Assembly: GCA_023260975.1 (NCBI GenBank)
Contig: JALQTK010000005.1
Location: 13,295-77,294 of the forward strand
DNA: 64,000 bases
Source of the DNA: Pseudidiomarina sp.
GTDB taxonomy: Bacteria; Pseudomonadota; Gammaproteobacteria; Enterobacterales; Alteromonadaceae
Direction of reading: 5' to 3'
The notes beneath the pieces are model-generated. The model did no database searches. It saw only the letters and a list, made by a program, of their open reading frames with translations, and had not been told where the DNA came from. Each line of letters starts with the position of its first letter. The first letter of the stretch is position 1. Shown here piece after piece: positions 39,008-49,332 of the stretch. A program made the position numbers and the translations under genes.

Positions 39008-39029
39008 TTTACCTTTACGTCAACGTACA
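39008..39029. promoter_or_regulatory. LiuR operator(s) upstream of the bkd operon
   Basis: Overlapping TTTACCTTTACGTCAA (39008-39023) and TTTACGTCAACGTACA (39014-39029), matching the LiuR palindrome TTTACGTWWACGTAAA. Contains TTGACG (-35) on the minus strand. Confidence 0.72.
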
Positions 39030-39092
39030 TGCAAATAGCCATGCTTAAAATTCGTCGCAAACTAGCGTAAAGCCGCCGTAACAAGCCGCTTG

Positions 39093-40109
39093 TCAGACCA
39101 GCTCCAACTTTGCCAATGGTTGTTCTCTGACCAACAACAACGCTCGTTGGCCAATCGCCACGTTCGCGTTAGGGAAGATAATACGTTCGCCAGCATGCTC
39201 AATAAAATGCTGCTGAGCCCCATCACTAGCGAGTCGATAGCCCAGCGGAAACTCGGTGAAATTGGCAACATCATCAGCGAAATGCAACTGGAATTGCTGA
39301 TGTTTTCGGTCGATGACTCGCTCAACGGCAAACACCTGATGCTGCTCCGCGGTAAACTCTGGTAGCTGCAACTCCGACTGCATTAACAAGCTACGCAGCA
39401 TGCCTTCAGTGTCAGCGAAGCGACTGCGGTCATTCTGACCAAATGGCCGAACTTTGCCTAATTCGACGGTGAACGCCTGTGCTTTGTGGGTGTTAACGCT
39501 GTAATACGAAAATGTGGTAGTCGGCGCTTGATTCAACAAAATAGTATGAATTCCGCACTGGGCAAGAAAACTCAGCTGTTTTTTGCTATACGGACGCCCA
39601 TGTTGAAATGGGTAGATAGCGAATTTTTCGTAATAGGAATCACGAATAGCGGTATGTAAATCGTAGTGTAAACGCTCGCGCTGACCGCCCGTTGCGTGCT
39701 CAAAAAATCGTGTGACATACTGCTCTAACTGGGCTGCCCGTCGCTGTTCCGGGGCTTCACCATGCTGATGTGCGCCACTGAACAAGCGGTTCATATTATA
39801 GTCAAGTTCACGCACACCAGCGCTTATCGCCGCGGGGTTACCGAAGATAAACAGCACGCGCTGCAGCGGTTCATGCTGACGGCGCAGAATATCGTGCACG
39901 ATATCGCGAACAATCTCTATCGGCGCAGTTTCGTTACCGTGTATACCACAGGACAATACGATATCTTTACCAGCCGGTTGCAGCGGCTGCCACATTAACA
40001 CGCCGCGATCCCATAGTTCGAGTTGCCCAGTGTGCCCACGGAAACAATCCTGATTTACCGATTGCTGCCCGAGCGTCCAAGCAATGACATCAAAATCACT
40101 GGTCGGCAT
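39093..40109 (-). CDS. astE: Succinylglutamate desuccinylase
   Basis: GIHGNETAP, NMNRLF, YDLHTAIR, TVELGK. Confidence 0.94.
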   Translation of the reverse strand: MPTSDFDVIAWTLGQQSVNQDCFRGHTGQLELWDRGVLMWQPLQPAGKDIVLSCGIHGNETAPIEIVRDIVHDILRRQHEPLQRVLFIFGNPAAISAGVRELDYNMNRLFSGAHQHGEAPEQRRAAQLEQYVTRFFEHATGGQRERLHYDLHTAIRDSYYEKFAIYPFQHGRPYSKKQLSFLAQCGIHTILLNQAPTTTFSYYSVNTHKAQAFTVELGKVRPFGQNDRSRFADTEGMLRSLLMQSELQLPEFTAEQHQVFAVERVIDRKHQQFQLHFADDVANFTEFPLGYRLASDGAQQHFIEHAGERIIFPNANVAIGQRALLLVREQPLAKLELV

Positions 40110-40112
40110 CGT

Positions 40113-40838
40113 CTATCGGCCCTCTGGTGGAATACGGCCAGGCGCTAGCCCCTTGGTTGCCAGCAGTGCTCGCAGTACCCGTGACTGATATTCGCGGCGA
40201 TACAACACCATCACTACCACCGCCGTAGACACTAAAAATAAATAGGGGTGTAAAAACCAGCACAAATAGGCCAGGGCAAAATAATAGGCGCGCAAACCAT
40301 TGTTGTATTCGTGACCCGCTTGATCAATTACTTTGGCAGCTTGATGCGCAAACACGGTGCGTTGTTCATCGCTAATATCCGGCGAACGGTACTGCGGTGC
40401 CGCCCCCATTAATACCGAGACAAAACCAAATTGGCGAATTGACCAGGTGAATTTAAAAAATGCAAAAACAAATATAAAGGCAAATAGAGCGAGCTTGGTT
40501 TGCACTTTTTCTGGTGAGGTAATTGCCGCATAAGGGATTGAGTTTAGTACGTCGACCACCTTCTCTGCCGAGCTAAGCAAGGTCAGCACACCAGCTAATA
40601 CTAAAATGGTCGATGAGGCGAAAAATGTTACCGTGCGTTCCACGTTGCCAAGTAAGGCGGCATCGGCAATTTGATGATCCTTACGGGTAAGTGTAGACAT
40701 CCAATCAATACGTAGCTGCCGTAAAATATACGACAGACTGTAGGTTGAACGGGCACGAATGCGAGCAAATAAAGTATAACTAAACCAGACTAGCACGAAG
40801 AATGATAATGCCAGCAAATCGTTGAAGGCTAAATTCAT
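40113..40838 (-). CDS. DUF599 membrane protein
   Basis: Four TMs; FFAS, W.IRQF and GLRAYYF motifs. ATG 40838 follows AAGGA. Confidence 0.85.
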   Translation of the reverse strand: MNLAFNDLLALSFFVLVWFSYTLFARIRARSTYSLSYILRQLRIDWMSTLTRKDHQIADAALLGNVERTVTFFASSTILVLAGVLTLLSSAEKVVDVLNSIPYAAITSPEKVQTKLALFAFIFVFAFFKFTWSIRQFGFVSVLMGAAPQYRSPDISDEQRTVFAHQAAKVIDQAGHEYNNGLRAYYFALAYLCWFLHPYLFLVSTAVVVMVLYRREYQSRVLRALLATKGLAPGRIPPEGR

Positions 40839-40861
40839 AAGACTGTCCTTGCCAGAAAATG

Positions 40862-40888
40862 GATACCGTAGCACCGTGCTACGGTATC
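40862..40888 (-). terminator. Strong hairpin after the RND gene (terminator or stabiliser)
   Basis: Perfect 13-bp inverted repeat GATACCGTAGCAC-C-GTGCTACGGTATC; only a weak U-tract (CAUUUUC) on the minus strand. Confidence 0.55.
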
Positions 40889-40942
40889 TCATGAGGTTAG
40901 CTTATGAGCTTTAGTTTACCATTGAATGGTAAAAATATGACC

Positions 40943-43900
40943 TTAAGATTTTAGTACGTTATCTGGGTCTAATTCATTGGTTGAGCGCTCGGCCAAACCA
41001 TACCACGACAAAATTTTTCGCAGCCAGCGACTAAAATCATCGAGCAACAGATAAAGGCACGGAATCAAAATCAAGGTGATCACGGTGGCAAATAAAATAC
41101 CAAAAGCTAATGACACCGCCATTGGAATCACCATTTGCGCTTGCATACTCTTCTCTAGCACGATCGGTAATAAGCCGAAGAAGGTTGTCAGCGAGGTCAG
41201 AATAATCGCTCGGAAGCGCCGCCCACCTGCCTCTAACACAGCAGTTGCTAACGGTGTTCCTTCGCGCCGCGCTTGATTGACATAATCCACCATAACCAGT
41301 GAGTCGTTGACCACAACACCGGCTAAGGCAATAACACCAAACAAGCTAAGAATAGAAATAGGCATACCGAGTACCCAGTGCCCTACCACCGCACCAATCA
41401 TACCAAACGGTATTACCGACATGATGATGAACGGCTGACTGTAACTCTTCAATGGAATCGCCATCAGCGCATAAATAGCCAGTAATGCCAACAAGAAACC
41501 AAGCGCTAATGAATCGGTGGCTTCCGCTTCATCTTGTGATGCGCCCTCAAGTTTAAAACCAACTGAAGGGTACTTATCAAGAATCGGTTGGATACGTTCG
41601 GCGCGTACCTGACGTACGATATCTGATGGTTGTACGCTGGCTTTATCAACCCGCGCGCGCACGTTCACTGAGCGCTCACGGTTAACCCGAACAATCGAGT
41701 TATAGCCCTTAGTGAATTGAATATCCGCTAATTCAGTGAAGGGGATCAAGGCACCGTTGGCGGTGCGCAGCTTCATATTTTCCAAATCGCCTATAGAGGT
41801 GCGTTCATCCAGAGGGTAGCGCACCATTACGCGCACTTCTTCATCACCACGCTGAATACGCTGCGCTTCAGCACCATAAAATGCATAACGCACCTGGCTG
41901 GCTAATTCAGACAAGCTAATTCCCATCGCCGTTGCGAGCGGCTTAAGGCTTACCACCACTTCGTTATTCCCCTCACCAAAGGTATCTTCAATATCAAACA
42001 CCCCGGCAAAGGTCGCTAACTCACGACGCAGTTCGGCAGCAGCGGCAGCCAGTTCTGGTAAATTATCACCGGTAAATTGAAACTCCACATCGAAGCCGCC
42101 ACCCATACCAATGCTGCCTTGGAAGTTCAGCGCTTTCACACCAGCAATTTCCGGCACCGATTCACGCCAGCGGTTGATAATGGCAAAGCCATCTACTTCG
42201 CGCTCTTCACCCTTGGCTAATTCAGCAAAAACAGTCGCATTACCCGTGTTAACCCATACGTTGGTATGTTTCACCACCGGCTCACCGGTTTCAGCAGTAA
42301 TCTCAGCATTTAACTTGTTGAGGTGGGTAACCACAATCTCCGCTGCATCAATAGTTGCCTGCTCTGAAGTGCCTGGCTGCATAGAAACTTGTGCTTGAAT
42401 GAAGTCGCTGGGCACATTCGGAAAAAACACCCAGCGCACAATACCGCCAGAAATTAAACCAATTGATACAATAAATAGACCAATAAAGGCAGCCAAAGTA
42501 ATGCCACGATTACGTAAACAGCGGGTCAAAAACGGCGTGTATCGGCGTTCCACAAAAACTTTAAGGCCATCTGATATTTTATTACGAGCGCGCTGAAAGG
42601 CATTCAAACGCTCCGGCTGCTGGCGAGAAAACTTCATAGTGGCAATGTGCGCCGGCAGAATCATTTTTGATTCAACCAACGAGAACGCCAAAGCAATAAT
42701 CACCACCCAGGCAATCGATTCCCAAATAGCACCCTGAGCACCACCCACCATTAACATCGGGATAAATGCCACCATAGTGGTTAATACCCCAAAGGTTGCC
42801 GGCATCGCGACACGTTGTGCTCCACGCACAACGTTTTCTACCGACTTGCCATGTTTTTCTAACTCGGAATAGGCACTTTCGCCAATCACTATGGCATCAT
42901 CGACAACAATACCAAGCACCAAAATGAAGCCAAACAATGAAATCATGTTGATGGAAATACCCAGCACTGGCATCAACATAATAGTGCCGAGGAAGGCAAT
43001 TGGGATCCCCATCATCACCCAAAACGCAAGCCGCAACTGCAAGAACAATGACAGTAAAATAAATACCAAGATACTGCCGCTGATCATATTGTTGGTCATC
43101 AGATCAAGACGACCTTGCAAGTAATACGACGAGTCGCCCCACCAAGCAATTTGCACTCCTGGCGGCAGCTCTTTTTGCTTGCGTTCAATATAATTACGTA
43201 CAGTAGCCGCAGCTTGCAGATCACTCTGCTCGCCAACCGAATTAACCCGTACAAAGGTGGCTGCTTTACCATCAAACTCACTAAAGCGGCGACGCTCAAT
43301 AAAGGCATCTTTGACGGTAGCAATATCACCTAGGGTTAAACGCGTGCCATCCGGTCGGTTGATCAGGGTGATACGTTCAAACTCATCACCAACATAGGCT
43401 TGATTGTTAGCACGCAATAAAATATCGCCGTTGGGAGTGCGAATAGAGCCACCAGCAACATCAATTGAGGTACCACGAATAGCAGTAACCACCTGTTGAA
43501 AGGTCAAATTATAGCGCTGCAGATCTTGCTCTGAGATTTCGATAGCAATTTCATAATCGCGTGCACCAACTAAATCGACTTTAGTAATGCCATTGGCTTT
43601 CTTTAAATCATCACGAATAGTTTTCGCCAACTCTTTCTGAGTGCGCTCATCAACATCACCATAGATCGACAACCAAATGACCTGACGTTGCGGGCGAGCC
43701 CGGTAAATATTGGGGCTTTCAATTTGATTCGGGAAGTTGGGGATAGCATCTACCCGCATTTTCACTTCATCCATGACCACTTGCGGATCATAGGAAGTTT
43801 CTATTTCAACACTGATCGATGCAATACCTTCACGCGCGGTCGAACGAATGCGTTTAATTCCATCAATATCTTCGATCGCATCTTCGACTAATACCACGAC

Positions 43901-44110
43901 ACCCTGCTCAACTTCTTGCGGAGCGGCACCAGGAAATGGCACTTGAATACTGATAATATTGAGTTCAATTTCCGGAAACATTTCCTTTTGAACTTTGCTC
44001 AAACCGAATAACCCGCCCACAATGATTAACATCATCAGCAAGTTGGCTGCGACTGGATTTCTCGCCCACCAGGCAATCAAACCAGTTTGTGGAGTTGTAG
44101 CATCAGACAT
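40943..44110 (-). CDS. RND efflux permease (AcrB/AcrD/AcrF superfamily)
   Basis: 1055 aa; NPVAANLL, GIVVDDAIV, GVVVND, RFRAIILT. Confidence 0.95.
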   Translation of the reverse strand: MSDATTPQTGLIAWWARNPVAANLLMMLIIVGGLFGLSKVQKEMFPEIELNIISIQVPFPGAAPQEVEQGVVVLVEDAIEDIDGIKRIRSTAREGIASISVEIETSYDPQVVMDEVKMRVDAIPNFPNQIESPNIYRARPQRQVIWLSIYGDVDERTQKELAKTIRDDLKKANGITKVDLVGARDYEIAIEISEQDLQRYNLTFQQVVTAIRGTSIDVAGGSIRTPNGDILLRANNQAYVGDEFERITLINRPDGTRLTLGDIATVKDAFIERRRFSEFDGKAATFVRVNSVGEQSDLQAAATVRNYIERKQKELPPGVQIAWWGDSSYYLQGRLDLMTNNMISGSILVFILLSLFLQLRLAFWVMMGIPIAFLGTIMLMPVLGISINMISLFGFILVLGIVVDDAIVIGESAYSELEKHGKSVENVVRGAQRVAMPATFGVLTTMVAFIPMLMVGGAQGAIWESIAWVVIIALAFSLVESKMILPAHIATMKFSRQQPERLNAFQRARNKISDGLKVFVERRYTPFLTRCLRNRGITLAAFIGLFIVSIGLISGGIVRWVFFPNVPSDFIQAQVSMQPGTSEQATIDAAEIVVTHLNKLNAEITAETGEPVVKHTNVWVNTGNATVFAELAKGEEREVDGFAIINRWRESVPEIAGVKALNFQGSIGMGGGFDVEFQFTGDNLPELAAAAAELRRELATFAGVFDIEDTFGEGNNEVVVSLKPLATAMGISLSELASQVRYAFYGAEAQRIQRGDEEVRVMVRYPLDERTSIGDLENMKLRTANGALIPFTELADIQFTKGYNSIVRVNRERSVNVRARVDKASVQPSDIVRQVRAERIQPILDKYPSVGFKLEGASQDEAEATDSLALGFLLALLAIYALMAIPLKSYSQPFIIMSVIPFGMIGAVVGHWVLGMPISILSLFGVIALAGVVVNDSLVMVDYVNQARREGTPLATAVLEAGGRRFRAIILTSLTTFFGLLPIVLEKSMQAQMVIPMAVSLAFGILFATVITLILIPCLYLLLDDFSRWLRKILSWYGLAERSTNELDPDNVLKS

Positions 44111-44125
44111 GGGTGGTAGTCCTCG

Positions 44126-45346
44126 TTAATCCGGTTTTACCGCAGTATCATCGGCTTGCTTGCCGGCTACAGTTTCTTGTTGCAGCGGCAATGGATCGCC
44201 CGGCAAACGTACTTTCATACTCGGCAGTGCATTGGCAAGTTGAGTTAAAACTACTTTATCGCCATTACTCAAGCCTTGATCAACGTATACTTGATTGGCC
44301 TCAGCACGGACCACATTGACGGCTTTCAATTGCAACCGACGTTGCTCATCAACAGTCCAAACCTTATTGTCTTGGTTAATCGCATAACGCGGTATCTGAT
44401 ATAAATTTGTGGCCAATTTCCCGGCAATAGTTAATTGTACAAAGCGGCCGAAACGCAGCGGCTGCTCATGCGTTGCCGCGACCCGGTTATACGGGTCAGC
44501 AACTTCAACCACTCCATAAACCACCCGACTATTCATATCCAGTACGCCTTCGGTGCGCACCAAACGGCCATACCAAGTCACTTGTTGACCCGACACTTCA
44601 GAGCTTAACTGCACTTCTGGCGCCATAGTAGGATCATCGCCCGGCGCTGGGAGGTTCATGTAAGCTAAATCACGATCGCTCAATGGCACCCGAATTTCTG
44701 CAGTTTCAGTACTCATGATGCGGGCGATTTGGCTGTTAATACCGACAAACTGACCAAGGTCAACATTTTTACTTTGCAACAAGCCATCATAAGGCGCGCG
44801 AATCACTGTTCGTTCGAGATCGCGTTCAGCCCTGGCAACCGAAGCTTCGGCCGACTGCACTGCGGCAACTGCGCTGGCAACTTGTGGCTCACGAATACCT
44901 AACGCTGGGATTTCGCCCATCTGCAATGATTCCCATTCACTACGAGCAACTTTAGCCAGCGCGCTCTCCTGCGCTAATTGCGCCTTGGCTTGGGCTAAAT
45001 TGGCTTTGGCAGTTTTCAACGCCACTTGATAATCGGCTGGGTCAATTTTCACCAACACTTCACCCGCTTTAAAAAATCCACCGGCGACAAAATTTGGCGA
45101 TAATTCGATAACCTTACCACTTACCTGGGAGATCATCATGGTTGCGTGTTTGGCCTCAACATTACCCTGCCCGGCAACCAGAAAATTGACGTCTTGCGCA
45201 TACACTTCAAGCACATCGACTAATACTGCCGGGCGCTCATTCTGGCGCTGCGGCGGTTGCGGCCGCATTGCTGAAAGCAAGACCAAGAGAATAATTGCGC
45301 CCACGATAATAAGTGGCGGCACTAGTTTGCGTTTTTGAAAAGCCAT
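44126..45346 (-). CDS. RND periplasmic adaptor (MFP)
   Basis: N-terminal anchor, lipoyl half-motifs SQVSGKV and IRAPYDG, alpha-hairpin; directly upstream of the RND gene. Confidence 0.94.
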   Translation of the reverse strand: MAFQKRKLVPPLIIVGAIILLVLLSAMRPQPPQRQNERPAVLVDVLEVYAQDVNFLVAGQGNVEAKHATMMISQVSGKVIELSPNFVAGGFFKAGEVLVKIDPADYQVALKTAKANLAQAKAQLAQESALAKVARSEWESLQMGEIPALGIREPQVASAVAAVQSAEASVARAERDLERTVIRAPYDGLLQSKNVDLGQFVGINSQIARIMSTETAEIRVPLSDRDLAYMNLPAPGDDPTMAPEVQLSSEVSGQQVTWYGRLVRTEGVLDMNSRVVYGVVEVADPYNRVAATHEQPLRFGRFVQLTIAGKLATNLYQIPRYAINQDNKVWTVDEQRRLQLKAVNVVRAEANQVYVDQGLSNGDKVVLTQLANALPSMKVRLPGDPLPLQQETVAGKQADDTAVKPD

Positions 45347-45435
45347 GAGATTAATTTCCGTTATAACTCAGATAGCAATAGTATGAAGCACTGCGAGGAA
45401 CTCGAACAGCACCGATGTGTTGCGATTTGTTTCAA

Positions 45436-47415
45436 TTAGCCGTTGAGTAAAAATGCTTCGGCTGCCTCAATGGCGTGAGGGCGCCCCGCTAACACCAGAA
45501 CATCGTCGCATTGTAGGCAAAAATCACCGCTAATTGAGGTGCTTTCTTGGTCATCGCGGCGCACTGCGCGCACTGAAACATCCAAATCATCGAGCTTCAA
45601 CTCTGCCAGTGTTTTGTTAATTGCATAAGCATCGCAGGGCAACGGCACCGCATGCAAAAACAGTAAGGTGGTCGCTGTTTCAGCCGTCAGCATCGTGGTC
45701 TCACCCGGATAAAACCCGTGCATATCGCCATAATGCGATCGTCGCGCTTGATCCAATCGCGCTAAAATTTTACGAATCGGCACCCCTGATCGCGATAACA
45801 CTTGCGAAACCAGCATTAAACTCGCTTCTAAGGTATCTGGAACAACTTGCGTAGCGCCTGCAGCAAGCAGCTGATCGAGATGTCTGGTATCACGACTTCT
45901 GACAATAATTTCGGCGTGATCATTTAACCGCCGTAATTGCTTAATAATGCTGATAGAACGTTCATCATCAGCGAAGCTAATAATAATCAACTCAGCCTGT
46001 TCAGCGTGAACAGCCTTTAACAAATCGAGCCGTTCAGCACTACCATAAAATACGTTAGCTCCGCCAATAATCGCTTCTTGAACGCGCCGCGCATCATGAT
46101 CAATGGCTAAATGATCAATATTTTCGTGCCGCAAGAACCGACTGATCGTTTGCCCGACACGACCATAACCGAATATCAACACCTGACTCTGATGATCCGG
46201 CAGCTGCGGTAGCTGCGCCGCGATCGTCTCGCTCACCGCACGATCGTCGTTTAGCAGTGCGCTCACCCACTGATTGGCTCGTTGAATCACCAACGGCGTT
46301 AGGGCCATACCAAACACCCCAACACCGACCACCAAAGCAGCAACATCGGAACCGACTAGTTGGTAACTCGATGCTAAGGCAATCAAGACAAAACCAAACT
46401 CACCCAGTTGAAATAACATCATGCCTGCAGCTAAGCTATCGGTCCAACGCTCCCCCATCAAACGCGCTAACGCATACACAATGGCTAACTTTAGTGCGCC
46501 GATAGCAACTACTGCGAGAATAATCCAATGCAGGTTGGCAACAAATACCGGAATGTTCAGTTGCATACCGACGGTGATGAAAAATAACCCCATCAAAATA
46601 TCGCGAAAAGGCCGAATATCGGCCTCAAGCTGATGTTTATATTTCGATTCACCGAGCATCATGCCGGCCAAAAATGCCCCTAACGCCATAGATAAACCAA
46701 ACATATGTGTTATGCCGCCAGCAACCAGCGCCACTAACAAGGTGGCTAACACAAACAATTCATCGGTACGTTGCCGGGCAATTTCACGAAAAATAAATGG
46801 TAGTAACCATTTTCCAGCGGCCATTAACGCGACCACAACAATCAAGCCTTTCAGCAAAGCTAAACCCAAATTGAGCCAAATAGATTGATCGTTGCCGACT
46901 GAAGTGGTTGCCAATAATGGAATAATGATCAACATCGGCACTACCGCAATGTCTTGGAACAATAGCACTGCGACGGTCATTTGCCCTTTACGGGAAGTCA
47001 GCTGAGCCGTTTCACCAAGTTGTTTAATCACCACCGCGGTGGATGATAAAGCAACCAGCGAACCAATAATAAACGCAGCAGACCAATTCTCTAGCAGCAC
47101 ATAGCTAACCAGGGTAAACACCAAAGTCGATATCACCACCTGTCCTGCGCCCAAGCCAAAAACTAATTTACGCATCGCGATCATTTTCGCTAAGGAAAAT
47201 TCTAGGCCTAACGAAAACAGCAGCAAAACCACCCCTAGTTCTGCAACAAATTCATAGTCATGCGGTGAGGTTATCCAGCCAGATACGTCAGGTCCGGCAA
47301 TAACACCTGCACTTAGGTAGGCTAAAATAGCGGGTAATTTGAGTGCTCTAAACGCCCATACCAGCATCACTGCAACACCGAGCAATAACAGCATGTCGAT
47401 GAAATATCCGTTCAT
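45436..47415 (-). CDS. CPA2 monovalent cation/proton antiporter (KefC/YbaL-like) with TrkA-N and TrkA-C domains
   Basis: LSSTAVV, FQDIAVV, LGAFLAG, GYGRVG nucleotide-binding motif, C-terminal RCK-C. Confidence 0.92.
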   Translation of the reverse strand: MNGYFIDMLLLLGVAVMLVWAFRALKLPAILAYLSAGVIAGPDVSGWITSPHDYEFVAELGVVLLLFSLGLEFSLAKMIAMRKLVFGLGAGQVVISTLVFTLVSYVLLENWSAAFIIGSLVALSSTAVVIKQLGETAQLTSRKGQMTVAVLLFQDIAVVPMLIIIPLLATTSVGNDQSIWLNLGLALLKGLIVVVALMAAGKWLLPFIFREIARQRTDELFVLATLLVALVAGGITHMFGLSMALGAFLAGMMLGESKYKHQLEADIRPFRDILMGLFFITVGMQLNIPVFVANLHWIILAVVAIGALKLAIVYALARLMGERWTDSLAAGMMLFQLGEFGFVLIALASSYQLVGSDVAALVVGVGVFGMALTPLVIQRANQWVSALLNDDRAVSETIAAQLPQLPDHQSQVLIFGYGRVGQTISRFLRHENIDHLAIDHDARRVQEAIIGGANVFYGSAERLDLLKAVHAEQAELIIISFADDERSISIIKQLRRLNDHAEIIVRSRDTRHLDQLLAAGATQVVPDTLEASLMLVSQVLSRSGVPIRKILARLDQARRSHYGDMHGFYPGETTMLTAETATTLLFLHAVPLPCDAYAINKTLAELKLDDLDVSVRAVRRDDQESTSISGDFCLQCDDVLVLAGRPHAIEAAEAFLLNG

Positions 47416-47447
47416 GGCGTTCTCCGTGTGGTGAAGGTCGATATAGG

Positions 47448-48320
47448 CTATTTACGCTGCAAGTACAGTCCGCAGCAAATCAATGATAAACCAATCAGGG
47501 TAGTGGTCTGTATGGCTTCACCGAGAATAGCATAAATCAGCACTAAACTGAGAAACGGGCTGAGGAAAATCAGCATACTAATTTGGCTCGTCTTTTCTGC
47601 TTGGCGCATGGCCAGCAGCCACAACAGAAAGGTTAAGCCCATTTCAAAAATACCAACGTAAATACCTGCGCTTAACCCGCGCCAATCGAGTTGCCACGGT
47701 GATGGCCACAGCAATTCCGCCGCCAGCAGCCACAGGCTGCCCCACAAGAAACACCAAAATAGTGCCGGCACCGGTGGGTCGGTATTACGAATGTTGATCA
47801 ACCAATAACTAGCCCATAACAGCGTGCTGGCAAGTGCAATACTCACCCCTAACCAATTAGTTTGGCTGAAATCCCAGTTGCCGCCAGTGGCAATTAAAAA
47901 CACCCCTGCATAGGCCACCAACATAGCCAGCAGTTCTCGCTTGCTGAGTTTTTGCTTAAGAATAGGCACCGCCAGCAGTGACATGGTAATCGCCCAGGTA
48001 TAATTAATCGCTTGGGCCTGTTGCGCTGGTAATTGGCTATAGGCGATAAACAGCACCCAATAATAAGCGAACGGGTTCAGTAGCCCCAGCAGCACATAAA
48101 AGCGTGTGCGCGTGCGTGCTAATTGAAAGGTGTTAGGCCATTGCCGTTGCCAGCTAATAAAGCCAGCAAAAATAACCACACTGGTTAGCGCTGCTATCAG
48201 TACCAGTTGTCTTGGTGTCAAAAATTGCAGAGCAATTTTGAAAGCCGTGGCAACGGTTGCCCACAACAGCACTGCAGACAGGCCAAGCATTAATGCCTTG
48301 CGTTGATTCGCCACCTTCAT
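47448..48320 (-). CDS. DMT/EamA family transporter
   Basis: About 10 TMs in two EamA repeats. Confidence 0.88.
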   Translation of the reverse strand: MKVANQRKALMLGLSAVLLWATVATAFKIALQFLTPRQLVLIAALTSVVIFAGFISWQRQWPNTFQLARTRTRFYVLLGLLNPFAYYWVLFIAYSQLPAQQAQAINYTWAITMSLLAVPILKQKLSKRELLAMLVAYAGVFLIATGGNWDFSQTNWLGVSIALASTLLWASYWLINIRNTDPPVPALFWCFLWGSLWLLAAELLWPSPWQLDWRGLSAGIYVGIFEMGLTFLLWLLAMRQAEKTSQISMLIFLSPFLSLVLIYAILGEAIQTTTLIGLSLICCGLYLQRK

Positions 48321-48326
48321 AATACC

Positions 48327-49322
48327 TCAACGATCAGATTGAATAGCAGACAAGGTAAGCCAGCGATCGTTACCGCGGGTAATGCGATACCAACGACAGC
48401 TATAGAGTGGCTTGGCATCATTGCTGGTATGCAAGAACTGCTGCCGTAATTGCTCCAATTGGGCATAGCTCGGCATCGGTACCTGGCACAGTTGCAGCCA
48501 ATAGCGCAGCGCCGCGCGCTGACGTGCAGCCGACCAGCTAGCAATGGTATCAACAAATAATTGCTGTTGTGCATTGATATGCGGGGTGACTAAGTCTGCC
48601 AGTAATTGCTCCAATAGCGCATTATGCTCAGCACATAAGGCGGCACTTCGCAGCACTGCTTGGCCAAAATGTGGCCAGCGTTGTTCTAGCAATGGCACCA
48701 CCTGATGGCGCAAAAAATTTCGTTCAATATCGGTGTCAAAATTGGTGTCATCTTCAATCCAAAACAACTGGCGTTGTTCGGCATAGCTATAAATTGCTTG
48801 TTTGCTAACCGGCAATAACGGTCGCAACCATTCGATCTGCTGCCAGCCTTGTTGGCGCGCCATAGCAGCCAAGCCCTTGGGTCCGGCGCCGCGCTTTAAT
48901 TGCAATAACACGGTCTCAATTTGATCATTACGATGATGGCCCAACAAACAACTGGCATTGCTATTCTCAGCCTGTTGCTGCACTAGTTCAGCAAGACGCT
49001 GATAACGCGCATCGCGACCTGCCGATTCCTTATTCACACCAGCCCCGGCGGCAACCTGCAATACTTCATGCAGCAGCGGCATGTCACGGCGCTGGCAGTC
49101 AGCCACTAAACCCTGTGCCCAGGCAGCCGAGTTGGGATGAAACTGATGGTCTAAATGAATCGCTAAATAACGGTACTGTGGGTGTTGCTGACGATAACGG
49201 TCAAGTAAATCAAGAATGGTCTGAGAATCGGCACCGCCACCTAAACAGGCAACAAAAAGATGACCCGGCTGCACTTGCAACGCCTGCAGCTGTTGTGCAA
49301 AAGCCGGGTAGAGGTCGGTCAT
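48327..49322 (-). CDS. tilS: tRNA(Ile)-lysidine synthase, short form
   Basis: PP-loop GGGADS, RDARY, GHHRNDQIET, LRPLL, RNFLRH; directly downstream of accA. Start probably ATG 49322. Confidence 0.9.
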   Translation of the reverse strand: MTDLYPAFAQQLQALQVQPGHLFVACLGGGADSQTILDLLDRYRQQHPQYRYLAIHLDHQFHPNSAAWAQGLVADCQRRDMPLLHEVLQVAAGAGVNKESAGRDARYQRLAELVQQQAENSNASCLLGHHRNDQIETVLLQLKRGAGPKGLAAMARQQGWQQIEWLRPLLPVSKQAIYSYAEQRQLFWIEDDTNFDTDIERNFLRHQVVPLLEQRWPHFGQAVLRSAALCAEHNALLEQLLADLVTPHINAQQQLFVDTIASWSAARQRAALRYWLQLCQVPMPSYAQLEQLRQQFLHTSNDAKPLYSCRWYRITRGNDRWLTLSAIQSDR

Positions 49323-49332
49323 GGATGATGCG

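Noticed and set aside
40943-45346. RND+MFP without an outer-membrane factor as a novel system
   Set aside because: Two-gene RND loci using a distant TolC are common.
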